Part shown: piece by piece, positions 62,701 to 64,000 of the stretch
Layout of the letters: the number at the start of each line of letters is the position of its first letter
Position numbering within the stretch: the first letter of the stretch is position 1
Origin: Tubiluchus corallicola
Lineage: Eukaryota > Animalia > Priapulida
Assembly (NCBI GenBank): GCA_030141605.1
Contig: JAQGDQ010000740.1
Span: 1-64,000, forward strand
DNA length: 64,000 nt
Direction: 5' to 3'
Made by a program: the position numbers and the translations under genes
The notes under the pieces: generated by a model
What the model saw: the letters and a program-made list of their open reading frames with translations, nothing else
Told to the model about the DNA's origin: nothing
The model's database searches: none

Positions 62701-64000
62701 TGTATTTTTTTATGAATGTGTGAACTGTGTTTCATGTATTTACACATATTTATTTCTTAACTTTATTGTCCAAATTAAAAAATCCTTATCTTTTTATCAG
62801 AATAATTATTTATGCAGTACAAATCTGAACTTACGAGTCACAAAGTACAACATTCAGGAATAGCCTTAGAGCGGTCTCGTGGTAGTTCTTTTCTGAAATT
62901 TGTTACACTGGTTTTGATTTTTGAGTGCATCTATTTCAGAGCAACAATTGCTTGCATTGGTTCAATGCACGAAAAACTTGGACGTATGATGGGAAGATCC
63001 TATGAAGAGACTGTCCAGCATTTGCTAAAGTCATTGAAAAATGCTGAGGTAAGTTTGCTGACTCATGAATTAGTTTTTTTTATTGCTCATTTGTGCTATT
63101 ATCACAAAATGTATTTTAGAACATGTTTCATTAAAGGAAAACAGAATGATTTTTCATATCCTACCCCATTTTGAAGTACGGTAAAAAGTATATTTTTTAG
63201 CACCAGTAATACTGCAAAATCATTTCTGATGATTAAAGAATAAATTAAAATCTTAGTTAATAGAGGGCAAGCCAAGCTGTTGATGACATCACAAATAAAC
63301 ATGATTTTCAACAGCAAAAACATTCCATTGGCATGTTGCATGTGTGTGCAAAAGTGGAAATTGAAGTACAGTGTTGCTGTAAAAATTTCAGTGTGTTATA
63401 CTAAAACTCAGCAAATTTTAAGATAAAAATTCAAATTTCACATATACTGTTGTGCTCACACATGAGCTTTCGAACGTCTGCACTACATCACAAATGAACA
63501 CCTCTGAACTAAAAGTTACAACACCTTTTTTTGTGCAACGAGTTTCTGCAATCCAGGCACTAGTGCCCATCTAACTAACAAATGGCAAAATGCATTGTAA
63601 TAGCAAAGAACTAATGACGCAGATGTGAAATTACATTTATGTATTACTAATTCTTTCTTGTAAGTGAGTCTTGAAAAAATAATGTGTTCCCTTTCAATAT
63701 TTTAAAGAGTAGATTGTTTTGACCTACAGGTTAAAATTAGGTCCAGTTTTCCTTTAAGTACTAATAGAAATATGATTATTGTGATTATAGCAGTGTGCTG
63801 AATCTGCATCATGATTCATTTTATATCTGTTATATTTGCTTATGAAAGTATGAAATGATACTTAATATATAACACTAAAGATGTTCATCTTTTGCCTGAT
63901 ATATATTTAAATAAAAAGCATTTGCTTGTAGTCTCAAGGTCGCATGGAGACAATGTTAACTTTGGAGAAGATTTTAGCTGGTCTTGGGACAGCTGCTGTA
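59703..64000 (+). CDS. HEATR5B: HEAT repeat-containing protein 5B (AP-1 accessory p200), 5' part; continues beyond the window
   Basis: Exons 59703-59831 ([43 protein letters not shown]), 61641-61852 ([14 protein letters not shown]...[12 protein letters not shown]), 62940-63048 ([21 protein letters not shown]...LKSLKNAE) and 63932-64000 (SQGRMET...LAGLG). All are phase-consistent. Confidence 0.96.
60593..60790 (+). mobile_element. tRNA+5S-like composite SINE fragment, copy 2
   Basis: GGCGTGATTAGCCGAGTGATCA...GTGTGCTT...TGAAAGGTAAACAACACTGAG...TCAGTAAATGGTTGAGTTACCATCTGG. Confidence 0.45.
62275..62620 (+). mobile_element. Decayed L2-like LINE 3' fragment
   Basis: Translates as LVQPR...[16 protein letters not shown]...[10 protein letters not shown], similar to the L2 ORF2 end GDRAFSVAAPRLWNSL...KTHLF. 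Followed by an AT-rich UTR, AATAAA and (ATT)n. Confidence 0.6.

Overview
Eukaryotic, AT-rich, intron-rich DNA that looks like an invertebrate animal genome; no bacterial features or CRISPR array are present. Reading splice sites and phases by hand gives five gene models. (1) An unrecognised + strand gene of about 202 aa (1776-12736) whose fifth coding exon is split by a young, nearly intact CR1/L2-group (Crack-like) LINE ORF2 (8317-11593). (2) A three-exon DUF7153-type gene (30113-36609, +). (3) A short, divergent ArfGAP2/3 paralogue (47236-42783, -), with a possible alternative tail-anchored C-terminus. (4) GPATCH11 (55524-47999, -). (5) The 5' part of HEATR5B (59703 onward, +), head-to-head with GPATCH11 as in human. 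The rest contains a 37-bp minisatellite, many microsatellites, MITEs (one with a perfect 9-bp TSD), solo-LTR candidates, decayed RTE, RTE-X and L2 fragments, and tRNA- or tRNA+5S-derived SINE-like pieces. The most striking observation is the exonic LINE insertion. It truncates the host frame, and host sequence supplies a ccgccATG in frame with LINE ORF2. The only lesion I found in ORF2 sits on an in-phase U_UUU_UUA slippery site. All family assignments come from motif recognition by eye, not from database searches.
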